Source: Cenococcum geophilum | Taxonomy: Eukaryota | Assembly (NCBI GenBank): GCA_050273025.1 | Contig: CP158636.1 | Location: 2,046,001 to 2,110,000 of the forward strand | DNA length: 64,000 nucleotides | Reading direction: 5' to 3' | Shown: in pieces, positions 37,615 to 53,300 of the stretch | Numbering within the stretch: position 1 is the first letter of the stretch | Layout of the letters: each line of letters begins with the position of its first letter | Notes under the pieces: model-generated | Database searches by the model: none | The model's input: the letters and a program-made list of their open reading frames with translations, nothing else | What the model was told of the DNA's origin: nothing | Made by a program: the position numbers and the translations under genes

Positions 37615-39305
37615 ATTATAGAATATCTTTATAGGTTAATTCTAGTTTACCTTTTAGGAATTTTTTAATATTAGTATTAACTATCTTCTAGCATAGAAGC
37701 TTGGGCTTAGTTTTTAGATTTATTTTAAGAAAGTTATAGAAATAGGGGGGCAGTACTTTATAGGCTTCCTCTATTATATAGTCGCCTTCTACTAGCTAGC
37801 GAAAAGATCTTTCTAATAGGTTTAGTACTTCTATTAGGCCTATAGGCAGCTCCTTAAGTAGCTATTAGTACTTTTCTTATTTAACTAGTTCTACTAGCTC
37901 CGCTATATAGATCCTTATTACTATTATATCTTTTTATTTATAGAACTAGGTAAAATTAACAGTATAAGCGTATTTAATATTGTCTAGGTTAGAGCGTGTT
38001 TAATTTTCTAGTGCTACAGCTAGGCTAATATAGCTTAATTAGCCTAGGGGGGCGGAAATAAGGCGGCGGCCCTATATAGTACGCGCGGGAGACGGGTATA
38101 AGGTTAGGCGTTATAGTGGCGCGGTTTCTATTATCTAAGTCTTAGTAGTTTTATAGCTAGTCCTTACTATAACGTAAGCTATAGTGTGCGTATATAGTAT
38201 ATAGCTTAGTTTTAGGTATTAGGCTAGGTAGCTAGGGTTTAAATAGTATATAGGTTAGGGTTAGATTCTTAATAGTAGTAGTGTAAAGCGGACCTTTTTC
38301 CTTAGTCTCGGTAGGGCTAGCTAGCCTATTGTTTTAGTCTTAAGTACTAGGGTAGTCTAGTCTTCTACTATTTTATTGCTTTATAGCTATACGGGCTCCC
38401 CTTTATTAGGAACGTCTTTTACTATTAGGGCTTTATATATAGTCTTAGGTACTAGGCTTAGTAGTGACGAGTATCTATATAAGGCGTTCCTACTACCGTT
38501 AGTTATTCCCTACGGGAGGTAGTACCTAGAGTAGTAGTCTAAATTAAAGTAAATCTTAAGCTTCTTAAAGCTAGGGTGGGGCTTATACTTTTAAAGCTAA
38601 GGTATACTTAGGATAATTAGGGTAGTAGGCAAGAGTTTAGTAATAAAAAAGAGTATAGCTTTAGTATGGAGGCTAATTAATATTTGGGTAGTAAAGTAGT
38701 CTATAATAAGCGAAGTTGGGATGCTATTTATAAGGCGTAGTAGCCTAGGTACTAGCAGCTTCTTAGTTATAATATTATACTTTCTTATAATAAACTCTGC
38801 GTTAGTAAATGCTATTATAGTACTACCGGAGTCTACTAGGCTTACTATATTAATATAAACTTAGGGGTATAGGTTATATAATAAAAAGAGTTAGGTTTAA
38901 ATAAGGATTAATTTCTTATTATTATTTGCTAATTGAAGATTAAGTAGCAACTTACTAATAGAAAGGGCTAATTAATCTAGTAATAAGGACCTAATCTTCT
39001 CGTCTTCCTCCTTATATGGTTTAGACCCTTAGACATAATTTAGTTTAAGGGTCTGCCTTTTAACAACTAAGGTATAGGGCTGTCTTAGTAGGGCGGTCTA
39101 GTGTCTATCTAACTAGCGGTATTAGTTTTAGTCTTAGTTGGGGTATAAAAAGACAATACCTTACTAATAACATGGCCGTGTTTATATTCGCTAGCACGGA
39201 GTTGCTAATACTAGGTGTTATTAATGGGTTAGGCTCCTATATAGGGTATTATTTAGAGTAACTAAGCCGTAGGGTTAAAGGGGGGGGGGTTATTTACTAT
39301 AGCTA

Positions 39306-39444
39306 TCCCTTAACACGGCAGGGTTCTTTGCTAAGTTTGCTTATATTAATAACTGGATTTAATTAAATATTTATATTAACCCAGCTTTTCCAATTAGTTG
39401 ATTTTTATCAATAACCTAAGGACCCAAATTGCTGTGTTAAGGGA
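39306..39444. mobile_element. 139-bp MITE with 15-bp TIRs and TA target duplication (Tc1/mariner-type)
   Basis: ta|tcccttaacacggca (39306-39320) ... tgctgtgttaaggga|ta (39430-39444), 1 mismatch; interrupts the gag region of gypsy C. Confidence 0.8.
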
Positions 39445-40049
39445 TAATAGGCTCTATAGTTACCGTGTTTATAATAAACTCTACGGTTACCACGTCTACG
39501 GTTATTAGTTTATATTATTTAATAGGGTAGTATTAGGACTAGGTTTACTATCTTAGTAGGGTTATAGGCGTCCTTTTAGTAGCTAGGTAGGCTATAGGTA
39601 AGGTATAATCTATTATTAATACGGCGCTTACGCTCCGTGTCTAAGATTTTATTAAAGTTTATAGGTTCTCTAGTTGCTACTAGAGTTAGGGTTAATATAG
39701 GGGTAGGGGCTTAAGTAGGTAGGCGGTGGTTAGCGTTCTTTTTAAGGTTAGCTTAGTATATATAGTTCGCGAGGTTCTTAGTAAATATATTTATTTACTT
39801 ACTCTAACCTATATAGTCGCTATTATTAATTTTATAGGTAAGTCTAAGTACTAGCTCTTCTATCTTTAGGGAGATAAACTTTTAGAGTAGGTCTACCTTT
39901 TATTTATCTATCTTCTTAGTGCGGGCTATTAGCTTATTAAGCTTTCCCTTCTAAAACATTAGGAAATTTTTTTTAGGCTAGTTATTGCGGTTTGCGGCAA
40001 ATTGCCACAAACTATACGGTTGCGGCAGGTAGATATAGTCATTAGCGAA

Positions 40050-40410
40050 TTATACAAACTATGCGTTTTATAACAAGTTTATAGCACCTTAATAGCAAAC
40101 CATGCGTTTTATAACAAGTTTGCAGTATCTAATAGTAAACTACGCGTTTTATAACAAGTTTATAGTATCTAATAGCAAATTATAGCAAAACGCTTAACTA
40201 CTAAACTAATGCTAGCTTTTTGCTACCCTATAAATAAATAGCGCGCAAACTATACAAACTGTATAAACTGTACGAACTATACAAACCGTATAAACTATAT
40301 AAACTGTATAAACCGTACAAACCGTACAAACTGTATAAACTATACAAACTATATAAATTATAATATACTGCTACAGATTGCTATAGATTGCTATAGATTG
40401 CTATAGATTG
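40050..40410. repeat. Cluster of tandem repeats (~41-bp x3, 10-bp aaacYRtaYa x~11, ctatagattg x4), probably subterminal repeats of the large DNA element starting near 39960
   Basis: Repeats are directly visible; they lie just after the abrupt end of the gypsy C gag sequence. Confidence 0.8.
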
Positions 40411-43400
40411 CCATAATATGCCTTAAAAAATATATTTATATTATAACTACTATATAAAATAGCTATTCCTCTAAACCTATTACAGACTATAAAGCATTTA
40501 CCTTACCTAGCCCCTCCTCTATCTTATTCTAAAGATATCTAAATCCTTATTATTAAATAGTACAGACTTAACCCCTTTTTTAATAGTATACTAAAGACTT
40601 ATATTAGGTTTAGCCCCAAGCGTCTTTCTAAATAGCTTAACTATAGCTATTAACTATTCGTAATTCTAGCGATATAGTATATTAATAGTACGTTTCCGAT
40701 TCCGCGATTTTATACCTTTAAAGATAAGCTTATAGGTATTATTTCCGAAATTATTACTAGCGCCACTATCCTTACCTATATCTTCTCCACTATTTACGCC
40801 GGCATTATTACCTATATCTGCTCTATTATATTTATTACCCCCCTTTCTCGCACTATTCTAATTATCTATATTTCCACCTAAAGCTATATCTATTCCATTA
40901 TCCGTATCGCCATCTTTATCTATATTAACTCCACTATATCCATTATAACACTTATTTATATTAGTCCCGCTATCTATACCGCTATTAAGGTCGCTAATAT
41001 TATTAGGCCTACTACCTTAGTAATTAGTACTGTGGTCAGTCTAATTAGGCAATATATTATAGGGTATATTAGGCTAGGTAATAGTGCCGGAAGGGCGGGA
41101 GGTATCTAGGTTTAAGGAAAGAAATGCGTTAAGTACCTAGATATAAGTATTAGTCCAAAACTGTTATTATAAGTAGTTATATACCAGTAGAAGTATATTA
41201 AAGCGCTACTTATTAAATCCCACGTTATAGTCGGAATCTAGGTTAGAAAGATTATTAAGACTATATTTAAATAGATTTAGAATTACTTATATAGTAGGGT
41301 CGTTACTATATATAGTTACTTAATGTCTTTTTAAGACGCCCTATTATAGAAGCCCTAAAATCTAGTTTTGGCGCTCTATTAACTAATCTACCTATATAGC
41401 CTTTATCTATTTTTATATAGCTAATATTAGAGTTAGTTATAGTGTAGCCTAGGTAATTAGAATAAGGGTAGAGAAAGAATAAATTACTATTAAGATTGGC
41501 ACCTGCTTTAAACTTTTATTAGGTAAAATTACTACTTTTCTATTTATTAATAATGTGGCGGATTATTATATAAATTAGTATAATAGCCCCAGGGCTAATT
41601 AGGCGCAGAAAGTGCTATATATCTATACTAAACCCAAATTACTACCTTCCTTTAAAGAATGACTTAAAGAGATTAACTATAATAACCGGTGCTATAAAGC
41701 GGGATTGCTTGCCCTATAAATAGTTAGGAGAGTACTAAGGTAGTATAGCTATGCGTACTATCTTAGAGTATTAAAAGTTATCCATATAGAGTAGCTCTTT
41801 TACTTTAGTAATTATTTCCTGCTTAGAGAGCTTTTTAAATAAGTACTTAGCCTTTACGTAATCTTATATGCGTCTTAACAGGTAAGACTAAAACTAGCTA
41901 ATACTATTATATATCTATTTTATATTAGTATATATAGAAGCAATAAGAGGTAGCTTACCATATAATATATTAATAGTAACGGTTTTTATATAGCCTTACT
42001 AGAACCGTTGCCTTTAAAAACCCTATTATACTCCACTACTTTATCCTATACTAAGTCTATCGTCTTTTCTAGAGTCTTTATATTCCCTTCTGGCTATAGC
42101 GTAAGAGAAAGACCTTTAGGAGCCTTACCCAACATTATAAACATTAAAAAAAAGCGCATAGCAGCTTTTAATATTAGTTTATCCATAAGTTTTAATTTGG
42201 GTTTACTACTACGTTTTATTCCTTACCATCTTCTAACTATATATATACTATATTAAGACTTCTACAGTTTATTACTGCGTATAGGCGCTATATAAAACGA
42301 CTCGGCTATAGAGTTATCTTTAGCACTAGAGATAAGCTCTTTAGTAAAGGGATAGTAGTATTAGAGCCGCTTATTAGGGCAATTTAGGACTTATAACCGC
42401 TATTAAAGCGTAAGTAGGTATAAAGGAATAGAGTCTATGTAATAGACACTATAGTTAAATTCTGTATATATAAATCTAAAGATTCTTTATTTAAACTCTA
42501 CTAGAGTTATTAACAATACGCTCTTCCCTAGGGCATTAAGCCTCTATCTTTTTTAGAATTGCTATTTATATCTAACTAACATTTTAGAATACCATCTTTA
42601 GATACTCTATCGCTATATATAGCCGTCTACTAAAGTTAGCTGTATGCTACCATGTATATACTATTTATAGTACTTTAGCCTAACTGCCGTTTGCATATAC
42701 GTTTCTAGATTCTTCTTATACTAGTAGTACTATTTCTTTTACCTTTACCTTAGTGGTAGGTATATATTAGTATTTTAAGCAGTTATATAGAGGGTAGTCT
42801 ATACCTTATTCTTTTTAAAAGCTATAGTTATATTCTTTTAAAATAGTAGAGGTTAGTAAACCTTCGGCATAACTAATATAGAAGAAGTTAAAGAAGTTAA
42901 TAAAGATATAAAGATAAAGTATAACACTTTTAAATTATATATTTATTAATATGGATGCAGTTAATAAAATAGAGGAGTAAAGGGGGAGATTTTAATATTC
43001 TACTAGGGAGCTTAGACCTATTACCAGCCCACTTAGGGCAAATTGTGGTAGATTGCCGCATTATCTTACTATCAGCTATATAATATTAAGAATTCCTACT
43101 AATAAGTAAGCACTAGAGCTAATCTTTACGGATAAGAGCGTTATAACCGCCTATAAAAATGTAAGAATTTAACTAATTTATATAGATATAGCTAACCTTT
43201 TCTAGTAGTTTAGTAGGTTAACACTACCTAAGCAGTAAGTGTATAACGGCTGTCCTTATTCTCCTCCCTTATTAAGACGTACTTTAAAGCTCCCCTTTAC
43301 ACCTAGTTAGCCTATAGATATACCCAAAACACAAAGTCAGTTTAATTGCGCTATTTTTGCCTTTTTTTACCTAGAATCTCCCTTAAAGTATATTAGCTTA

Positions 43401-43929
43401 GGCGACAAGCTAATAAAGTTATTTTATATTTAAAACTTAAGGAGAGCCTTTGCAAAGAAGTAATATAAGGTTATTCTATATATTAAGAAGCGGCGGTCGC
43501 AAAGATTAGCTATTAATTTAGCCCTAAGTATTAATAGAGTTAATATACTTAATTACGAACAGTTAGAAGAAGCTTAGACTATAAAGGTAGAGATTATTAT
43601 AAAAATAAAGCCTATTAAAGAAAAACGTGTAGTAAATTAGAAGAGAAAGGCAGAAGAGGGGGGGTTATTATACTACTCTGCTAATATAAAATCTGCAAAA
43701 ATACGTATAGCTAGCTAGCCTCTTACTCTAACGAGCCCCTCTATTACTTAATTTACCTATATATTAAACACGCCGCCTTTACCTTTAAGCCAACTAACAG
43801 CTTTCTTAACTTCTTTCTATTTTGCCTTATCTTATAGCTAATTTATCTAGATTTTTAGGGATTAAATATACCGGATTCCCTATTATATTAGCCATTTTCG
43901 TTTTTATTCTAAGGCCTCCTATAATTTAA

Positions 43930-46900
43930 TTAAAAGCTTAGTTTTAGATTTTTATTTTTTTATAAACTTATCTATACGTATACTGTTAATCTAAAGAAAA
44001 TTATTATTATAGAATCGATTATATATATCCCAATCTATATATAAGTTTATCTAAAATGTTCTTCTTTTATTTAGCGAAGTTGGTATTAGTTATATAGGTC
44101 TCTTAATATAGGAAATGGTATATATTCGGTAGCCGTTTAGGTTTTGTCTATTTTGCGCTATATTTATAAAAAATCATTCCACTTTAATTATCCTATTAAA
44201 AGGATTTACCTTACCTCTATTATATAGACGGAATAGCTTAAAAAGTGCTTTATAGTATACTTAGTATCTACTTTTCTCACCTATATAATTTAAGTCCTAT
44301 ACTAATACCAGCAATTCTAAATAGGCAGCCCGCGTTCCCTTTATTCTATTTATTACGTTCTTATATTTTTATATAAGAACTTAGTCCCTTTATAGGGCAG
44401 TAGTCTATATCTAGACTAGATTATAGCGTGCCTATACTTTATATAGTCGATTAAGATTATAAAAGTCTTTACCGCGTTAAATATAGTATATTATAAAGTA
44501 ATAAATACTAATAGGTAAATCTTATACCTAAGCTGCATCCCTTTTAAGGCGCTTAACGTCTAAATCCGTTACTTATATACTATTAACTCGCTTATAACAT
44601 TTCTATATAAATAAAGCTAGTTTTATAACAAATTTATTAATACCTAGCCTAGTTTAAATTTCGCAGGTTCTACGCTATAAATTTAGGTTTATTCCGCATA
44701 TTGAAAACATTTAGTTAGTTAACTAGTAGTAATCCCATCTATATGGCTTGTCTATTAGGTTAACTATACCTAATAATAATATAATATATAAATCTTCCAT
44801 AGTATTAGCTGCTAATATTAGCCTTATATTTTCCTATAGCTCCATCTTTTACATTACTATAGTATTTATTAATTCCATATTAAGATAAATTATTTACTCT
44901 TTATACCCTTTATACTTATTTAATCTTTAATAGAAATTCTTCTAAGGAATATATACCCTTTCGCTGTACTTTATTATAGTTCCTATTAGGGCGCCAAATA
45001 TACAAATTATCTCCAGATAGTAGGAAATTGCATAAAGTTTAGGTATATTAAAATTAGGTAGGTTTTTGTCATTAGGTTAGTACGGTAAGAACACCTCCTT
45101 AGTTTTATCTATTTAATATAATACAGCTTTAAGATATTTAATTATATCTTTATTATATAATTTATATTTGGCTAATAATATAAAGTTAACTATAGCATAA
45201 ATAAATAGCATTACCCCCTTGTGCCTATATAGCAATAGTACTATAACTAATACAATCTAATAAAGAAGGGACTTATATATCTTTCCAGTCTATTAGCTTA
45301 ACTCTATAAAGTTATCCTATCTAATTATACCCTAAAAGGGTTTAACCTTAATGAATTATACGGTTAGAAGACGTTCTACCCTATCCTTAGTAGATAATAG
45401 GGTTTTTATACTACTTTAATTAGTTATTAGAACCTTCCCTTTCCCTTTTTTAATATTAAGTAGTAGTGCCTAAAGCTAGCTTATTAAATACTCTATAACG
45501 CCTTTATATAGCTAGTATAGTAAATTAGGGGCTATTATAGCGTGTATATCTGCTATATAATAGGACTAGGTAAAAATTTTAATTGGCCTAATATACTTAG
45601 GGTCGCTGCGATCTAGCTATGAGTTTTACTATCGTTTAAGTTACTTAATAGTCGATTTATGCGTCCGTCGCGGCTATTTGCTAGATATAGTACTTAGTAG
45701 GTTACCTTATTTATAAGGCGGTATATAATACATTATATAGTATTACCTTAATTATACTCCTATTAATATAACCTACTCCTTATAGTCTGCTATAAACCTA
45801 GTAAGTATAGGGTAGTATTGCCAGATAAACCTATCTGCGTATTATATTGGTATACCGCGCCTAGCAGCGCGTTTAAGGGCTAGTTTTTATATTAACTTAA
45901 GTACCTATATACTACTAAGGTAAATACTTACGTTTAAATATAATACTTATTACTTAATAGTATATATCTAGCTTGTTTATCCGGTTACTTAGTAAGTCTA
46001 TAGGTATATAACCTAGAAGAAGCATTACTAGCCTACTAGCTACACGTTAAGTCTTTAATAGAATATTAAGTATTATAATATAAACCGGATGCGCCTTTTT
46101 ATCTCCGGATAGTATAGTTAGCTTAATTTAGTTGCTACTAGGTATTACCATAATAGCCATCACACCATTAGGTAATTAATCTTAGATCTCCCACTAACGG
46201 TCGGCCGTGTATACCTTATTATATACTTTATTACCTTTTACATTAAACTAATAAATAAGAGAATAAACTATATTATCTTTAAATTGGAAATAACTGATTA
46301 GGAAGGCCACCACGCTAAGTATATTATAGTGGTATATCTTTAGGTTTTTGCCGTATATATTAAGTTCTGTAATTCGCTAGCTCTTATTACTTACACCTTT
46401 AAAAATAGAATATAGTTTTATCTTAACTTCTTTTACATTTTAGTATAATATATATCCGTCCCTTATATTTTTAATATAGGGGTCTTATAGCCACGCGTCT
46501 ATTTCTTTTACTAATATACTATTACGTACCTACTAAGCAACTTACGCCTATTCTATAGAGCTTATAAAAGGGTAGAATATATTATTACCTTTATTTATTC
46601 TATCTGCTAGCTAGCTAGGCCTTAGTAGGTAGTCGCGATCTATAGCAGACTATTAATTAGAGTTTCCCTCCGGGTGGCTAAGTAGGGTTCCTATATAGCG
46701 GCCAGTTACTTTATAATAAGTTTAGGTATAATAAATATTTAAGGTAAAGAGGCTTATTACTGCGTAACTATGCATTTTAGTACTAGTTAGTTATTCTACC
46801 AGTGCTATATTACTTAGCTCCTCTACCAATATTAAGCTAGTATTCCCTATAATAGTTAATAAAGTATTATTAATAACGGTATTAGTTGCTATAAGGTCGT

Positions 46901-46950
46901 ATACCCATTATTCTACAGTAAATTTGTCGTCTTTATATATATCCACTCGA
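43930..46950 (-). mobile_element. RIP-degraded Plavaka-type transposase; boundaries approximate
   Basis: VYTADR*WEI*D*LPNG..SSN*IKLTILSGDKKAHPVY..LLGYIP (~46000-46225), FIADYKE* (~45770-45800), DIH..APNLLY*LYKGV (~45497-45555). These match recalled Plavaka motifs WTADWWW.IQ..LP.G / SD.T.L..GD..A.PVY / ADYPEQ / PD.LHQL.KGV. Confidence 0.8.
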
Positions 46951-49900
46951 GCCTAAATTATAGGATAGACATTATCCTATTAGTTAAGATAATATATACC
47001 TACAGCTTTATAGTATAGCTTATATCGTACTAATCTACCTATAGTAGAAATCGTGCGCTTATATTTAGGGCACTGGCAATTTATTAAGCCTATTATAATA
47101 GTAACAAATACGGCTCCTTACGTTGTTATTAAGATTAGATAGGTAGGTTTATACCTAAAAAGGGCAGTATATTACATAACTAATCTAATAGCCATAATCT
47201 GCGGCGATTTACTAGCCATCGTAATAACTATAACGGCTTGCTCCTTTTAAATTATAAGTTAAATATACTAAATAGTATATTATCCTAAGCGCTAATAATA
47301 TATAAAGCAGTATTATATCCTATAGTACCTATCACAATTAATTTACAACTGCTAAACATTTATAAACCTTTAATCCCGCGTCCCTTGCTAATACTATACG
47401 CACCTAGCATAGCAATAATATAATTAAATAGTGTATATACTATAGAGGAGGCATAGTATAAGTCTACCGGTAAAACTCCTAGGAAGGATAAGCAGATTAT
47501 ATCCGAGTTTGGTATTAGTAGCGCTTATTTATATAAGATTAAAGGGGTAGTTAAGGACATTATAAATAAAAGTAATGCAATATCTATACGCTTCCAAGAC
47601 CAAATAAATTACACTATTTAAAGTAAGATTATAGCCAAAATCGTTAATTAAATCCTAGAGTCTAGTAATGCTCTAGTTAAGTAGACTAAGAAAGTAGCCT
47701 AATATCTCCTTACTTGCACGTAGTTAAATATGCGCAAGAAAGCTGGCTAGGCTAGTGCTAAATTAGGACTTTAATATAGAGCTACAAATTTTGCTATAGG
47801 GTACCCTTATATAGAGCCTTAGGATATATATTAATCTCTTTTACCTAAACATATTAATAAATATAACGTTTAGGGTCTTATAATCTATATATGCCGAGAT
47901 TTAAAAAATATACTACAGTCTATAATTTATATAGACTTAGGTACTAGTCTACTTTAAACTAACTTAGTAAAAGGGTGGATAAGTCTTTTAAATTTCCCTA
48001 AATTTCTTAATATTGCCTAGGACGCTAGAGTTAACTTAGAGATAGAGGAGTTATAGACAGATATACTAATAATTATTCTAGTTTAGAATATAGGACTTTT
48101 AAAGTATATAATATAATAAACGCTTAAAGCCTCTAAGGATATAATTATTTTTGTAATTGCGAATATATACGGTATATAGTATTAGTCCTTATAGCTTTAA
48201 ATCTAATACTATTTAGAGTCTTAATTATTTACTAGGAGCCCTACTTAAAAGGGTATATTAAAGCGGTCTTAATTAAGCTAAAATATTAATCCTAGATAGG
48301 TAAAACGTCCTAGGCGTATTAACCCTTATTCTTAGGTTGTATATTCTAACATACTTCTAGCTCCGTCTATTATACTAGTTTTATAAAGAATATTTTCTAT
48401 AACTAGAGGAAGCGCATTTAGCGGTAATCTGCTATAGTAAATTGCCCTTTAACTTACGCGTATTATATTGTGTTAGTAAGAGTATTTACCTTAAGCTTAT
48501 CTACTTTACTTTATTCTTTACCTCTACTACCTTAACTAACTCTTATACGGCGTCTCTACGCGATATTAATTAGTTAACCAATTAGTTTAACTGCTAATTA
48601 CTACTTTAAGCTATAACTTACTCCCTAAAACTATGGTAATTTGCCTAGCAGATTAACTCTTATAATTAGTTTATCTTACCCTCCTACTTTAGACTCGCAC
48701 CTTTACTAATTACTAATTAGATTCTTCTACTTTTATATAGCAACGCTCCACTCCTTCTTTATTCCGTCTTAGTATCTTTACGCATTATAATAAAGGACTT
48801 AGATATTATAAAGGAATGGGATATTAATACTTATCGCCTTAAGGAAATTAAAAGATATAATTTTAGATAATATATAAGAGGCTAGGCTTAAAAACCTACG
48901 TTTTATACTGCTAAAGATAAAATACTATATAATTAGTTTATTTAGAAGATTCTTAGCAACTTAACTAAGAAGGAATGTACTTTAAACAGCTAGTTTAGAT
49001 AGGCTATTATTCCTTTTATATTATCCTAGAGGACTAATACTACTAAATAGTAAGATAATATAAAGTTGAAAGTTAAACCTAATTTAAACCTATAATAACG
49101 CTAGTATGTACATTTACTTCTAAGCCAATCTCTAAATTATATAGTTTTATATTACTAAATAAGCCGTTTTTACTTAAAAATATAACCTTTTAGTTTTAAA
49201 GAATAAACCTAATTACCTAAAGTACTATAAAGCTTTATATAGTCTATAAATTTTAAAAGGCAACATAGAAACTCTAATAATTAAAGAAATTAGTTTCTCG
49301 CTATTTTAAGAGGTCTTAATATTAGTAAGTTTTATCTTAGATAAGAATAAAATTACCTAGCTTAATATAGTTACTAATAAGGAGGTTTATATTACCTAGC
49401 GAGGGCTATTATAAGCCTTATTTTAGTAGTATATACTATATAATAGGAGTAAAGTAGAATTTCTACTTAAAAATACGGATTATAAGTCCCTTTAATAACA
49501 TCTAGCTATCTATATGCTAATAATTACAGCCAAGCATTTAATTATAAAAGTACTATACTAATTACCAAATAAGTAGGGTATAAACCCTCTTAGAATTGCT
49601 AATACTCTAACCTATAGTATTTACGCGCTAAGGCCGCACTTAAAAAACGGTAGAAGATTACGCCTAAGCTAATCCGCAAGCACTTAGATGTTAAGTTTAT
49701 TAATAAAGATAGCAAGAATAAAAACGATATTTTATCTATCTTATTAACATATAGCGGCATTCTAAGTTTATTAAGTCTAAAGAAATATAATTATAAAAGG
49801 GAGTAACCTACTAAAAGTATCTACGGGCAAACTACGGCAAACTATAGCAAGCTGCTAAGAATAGCCGCAATAATCTAGTTATCTAGTTTATAGATAATCC

Positions 49901-50329
49901 CAACAATATAGAGCACGGTAAGGATAATTGCGATATTCCCTAGAGCAAAACTGCTTTATATCCCTAATTAGCTCAAACTTTATATAATAATTTAATACTA
50001 TACCCGTAAAAGCTTTTCTTAGTAAAATTATAGAAACTAATGCGATTTAAGATATCTTAGGTAAAATGCGCCTAAGGATAATATAACCTAAGCTAAAGAG
50101 ATATAGGCTATAATGCCTATTGCGTAAAGGTATAAGTATATAGTTATATAGAGTACATCTTAAATTAGACTAACATTAGCTCTTTTTAAAATTTAAAAGG
50201 CCGCTATAGCTAAAGTAGGAGGTAAGGTTTAATAAATAAAGTAATAAATATATAAATATTTAGCTAAGCTATACAGAGTTCCTAAAAAGGCCGTCTTAGT
50301 AAAGAACCTAGTCCCCATTCCTGGTAAAT

Positions 50330-53300
50330 TGTTATAGGACACCCCCATAACACCTTATACACGTCCACCTGTTTCTACTAACTTAGCAATTAAAGACTAA
50401 CCGCGAAATAGCAATTTAATGGTAATCTAATGGCAATCTAACGGCAATCTACGGCATTCTGCTATATTCTGCTAAGTTCCACTAAATTTTGCTAAGTTCT
50501 ACTAGGACTATGACCTGAACCCTATTCTGCCTATATACGTGTTAACTAAGCAACTAAGTTAACGATATATGCCCTTTCTTTCTGTTTCCCTACCTTCTTT
50601 CCTTATATAACGTCTTAACCTCTTTATATAGTTTATATATATAACTTAATAATATCTACCTTACTATATATTATCGTCGCTTATACTTACTCCGTAATAC
50701 TATATTACGTTAACTACCTATATTACTATTAACATGTAGAACGAACCTAAAGCCCCTATAACGGCCGCCGGTATTATATCCGCACTCTAAGAATAATTAG
50801 TAGGGATATAGAAGTTTTTTTATAAACGCCCTTAAATAGAACTAAGCTACTTTAAACTAACGATAAGCTAAATAAGAAGCACGATACTAGTAATTAATTA
50901 AGGACCTCTAAGAAGAAGTCCGTGCCCTTAAGATACCCACGCTAGGACCTTAAGATTAAACGCTATCTCTGGAGATAAACACGCGGAACGCGAGCCCTAA
51001 ACCCACAGTAGTTACTTACCCTAAGCTGACTACTATACTAAAATAATCCGAACGACTACTAGATCCCCTAGTATTTACTAGTAAATAATAAGAGCTCTAA
51101 TTATTTCTAAGCTAGCTTAAAAATAAGCTAACTAGTAATACTAACCGTTACCTAACTAAAGTTAACCGACTCTGTTACGCTCTAAGTTGATTAGGAGGAG
51201 ATATAGCTAACCTTATTAAACCGCTTTAGCCAAACTTAGTATAAAGCTTAGTTATACTTCTTAAAGCTATATATAGTGACCCAAACCGTTAAGCTATTGC
51301 TTAAAGAAAGATAAACTATATAACTTAAGGAACGAAAAGTTTCCTAGTATACTTCTTTAAATTTAACCGTTATATAAAGGAAATAGGCTAGAACGACTCC
51401 GCACTAATTAATAGCCTTATTAAATCCCTAAGCCCTAAACTAAAAATCTCCCTAATAGGCATAGACCTACCGGGAGCCCTTAATGCCTGCGTAAACGTTA
51501 TTAATAAACGATATAATAATATACTACGCCTAACACCGAAGCCCGCTCTACGATATAATATAGCAACCCCGCGAATATTTACTAAGTTATTGTCTTAGCC
51601 TAAGCACCCTAACGCTATGGATATTAACACTAGGACCCTAGGGTACGCCCTACTAGGGTCCTTTAAACGAGAACGACGCATTAAGCTAGGCCTCTGCTTT
51701 AAATGTAAAAGTAGCTTTTATTTCTCTAACTACTGCTCCGTTCTTATACCTAAACACGAATTATAAACGGCTAATACTAGCAGCCGTTTACCGCATCGAT
51801 CTTCTGGTTACCGTCCCTAATCTCTACCTAGTTTTAGTCCTGCATCTAGCAAGCACTATTTATAAGGACAAAGCTATAGCTAACGTCCTATAAAAACCCT
51901 ACCTTAATTGCCTCTAAAAGGAAGGTCCTAAAGCTAAGTCGCTCTCTAGGACGGCTTTACTATAGGATCTCGTTAAACGCATTTAACGTCACAAACTCTG
52001 ACTTTTAGGACCGTAGTATAACCATTAACTGCCGTCTTTAGCAGAATGGTTAATAGGCTAATACTTAAATCCTAATTAACACAGGAGCTAGCGGCATAGG
52101 ATTTATTAATAAGATCTTTGCATAAGATAATAGTTTTACCCTAATCCCCCTTAACTAGCATATTGACGTATTTGGATTTAATGGTAAACGTACTATCTTA
52201 GGCCGTATTACCTACGTAGTATTCCTAAGACTCCGATACCTAAACCACGAAGAATTAATTAAACTTTTTGTTACTACCCTAGGTTACTTGGTAATCCTTA
52301 GATAACCCTAAATAAAGCTATATAAGGTAACTATTAATTAGGACAACCTTAAGCTTCTATTTACCGCCTCCCGTTATAAGTAGAAGTGCCTTACTACTTG
52401 CTGCTTAGACCTAGAACTAAAATCCGAAAAATCCACCATAATCTACTAGTTTAAAATTTCTATAACTGTCTACCCCATACCTAAGGAATCTACCAAATTT
52501 TACTAACCTAGGAATTTTACTGAATTCCACCAACGTAAGAATTCTACCGATATCTACTAAGGATCTAAAAACTCTACTAAATTCTATAAGTTATTACTAA
52601 GTACTACACCGCCCTAAGCTAAGCAAAAGCTTAAGCTCTATATACGAAAATACTAGAAGGACTGGTATTCTACTATAAAAAGGATTCTTAAAGAACCTAA
52701 ACCCGAATCTAATACTAACTCTATACCTAATACCGAACCTAAACCCGAATAAGAAACTATAAACAATTTGAGCGAGCTTGGCACCCTAGATATCTGCATA
52801 ATTAGAGCTACCCTGCTAGCGTAACTTGCTAAGAAACCTGAGTATACGATCTTTACTGTTACGATGGCCGATATTAAGAAGGCCTTAGTACTAAAGAAGT
52901 ATACTAACCCTGCTATAAAGGTACTAATAGAGTATTATTATCGCCTAGATGTATTCTTATAAAAGAAAGCTAATAAGCTACTAGAACACTAACTATACGA
53001 CTATAAGATTATACTCGAAGAAGGAAAGTAGCCCGGATTTGGACCCTTATATGGGATATTCTAAAATAAACTCTAAGTACTATAAAAGTATTTAGACGAG
53101 AACCTAAGCAAAGGATTTATTAGAGTAAGCTCGTTACCTATGGCCGTACTAGTGATCTTTGTTAAGAAACCTAGCGGTGGTCTACGCTTCTATATAGACT
53201 ACCGAGCTCTTAATGCCGTTACTGTTAAGAACTGATATCTGATCCCGTTAATATAAGAGACGCTAAACTGACTAAGTAAGGCTCGTTACTATATAAAGCT

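Larger units (their letters stand above)
21850..39960 (-). mobile_element. RIP-degraded Ty3/gypsy element (family C) hosting nested insertions; 3' LTR 21850-22036; 5' LTR not found; right boundary approximate
   Basis: 187-bp LTR homologous to 63094-63280; polypurine tract on minus at ~22037-22050; RT TYLNNVLI (=YLDD, ~24901-24925); protease LVDSG (~38826-38840); coding sequence continues across insertions at 25407-35534 and 35583-37614. Confidence 0.85.

Noticed and set aside
38252..38265. Telomere-like ggttagggttag
   Set aside because: Only about two units, inside gypsy coding sequence; not an interstitial telomere array
18967..42256. Short ORF-track calls in the AT-rich region (18967, 19444, 31765, 34476, 34783, 42008)
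   Set aside because: Antisense or chance frames within RIPped elements; no recognisable motifs
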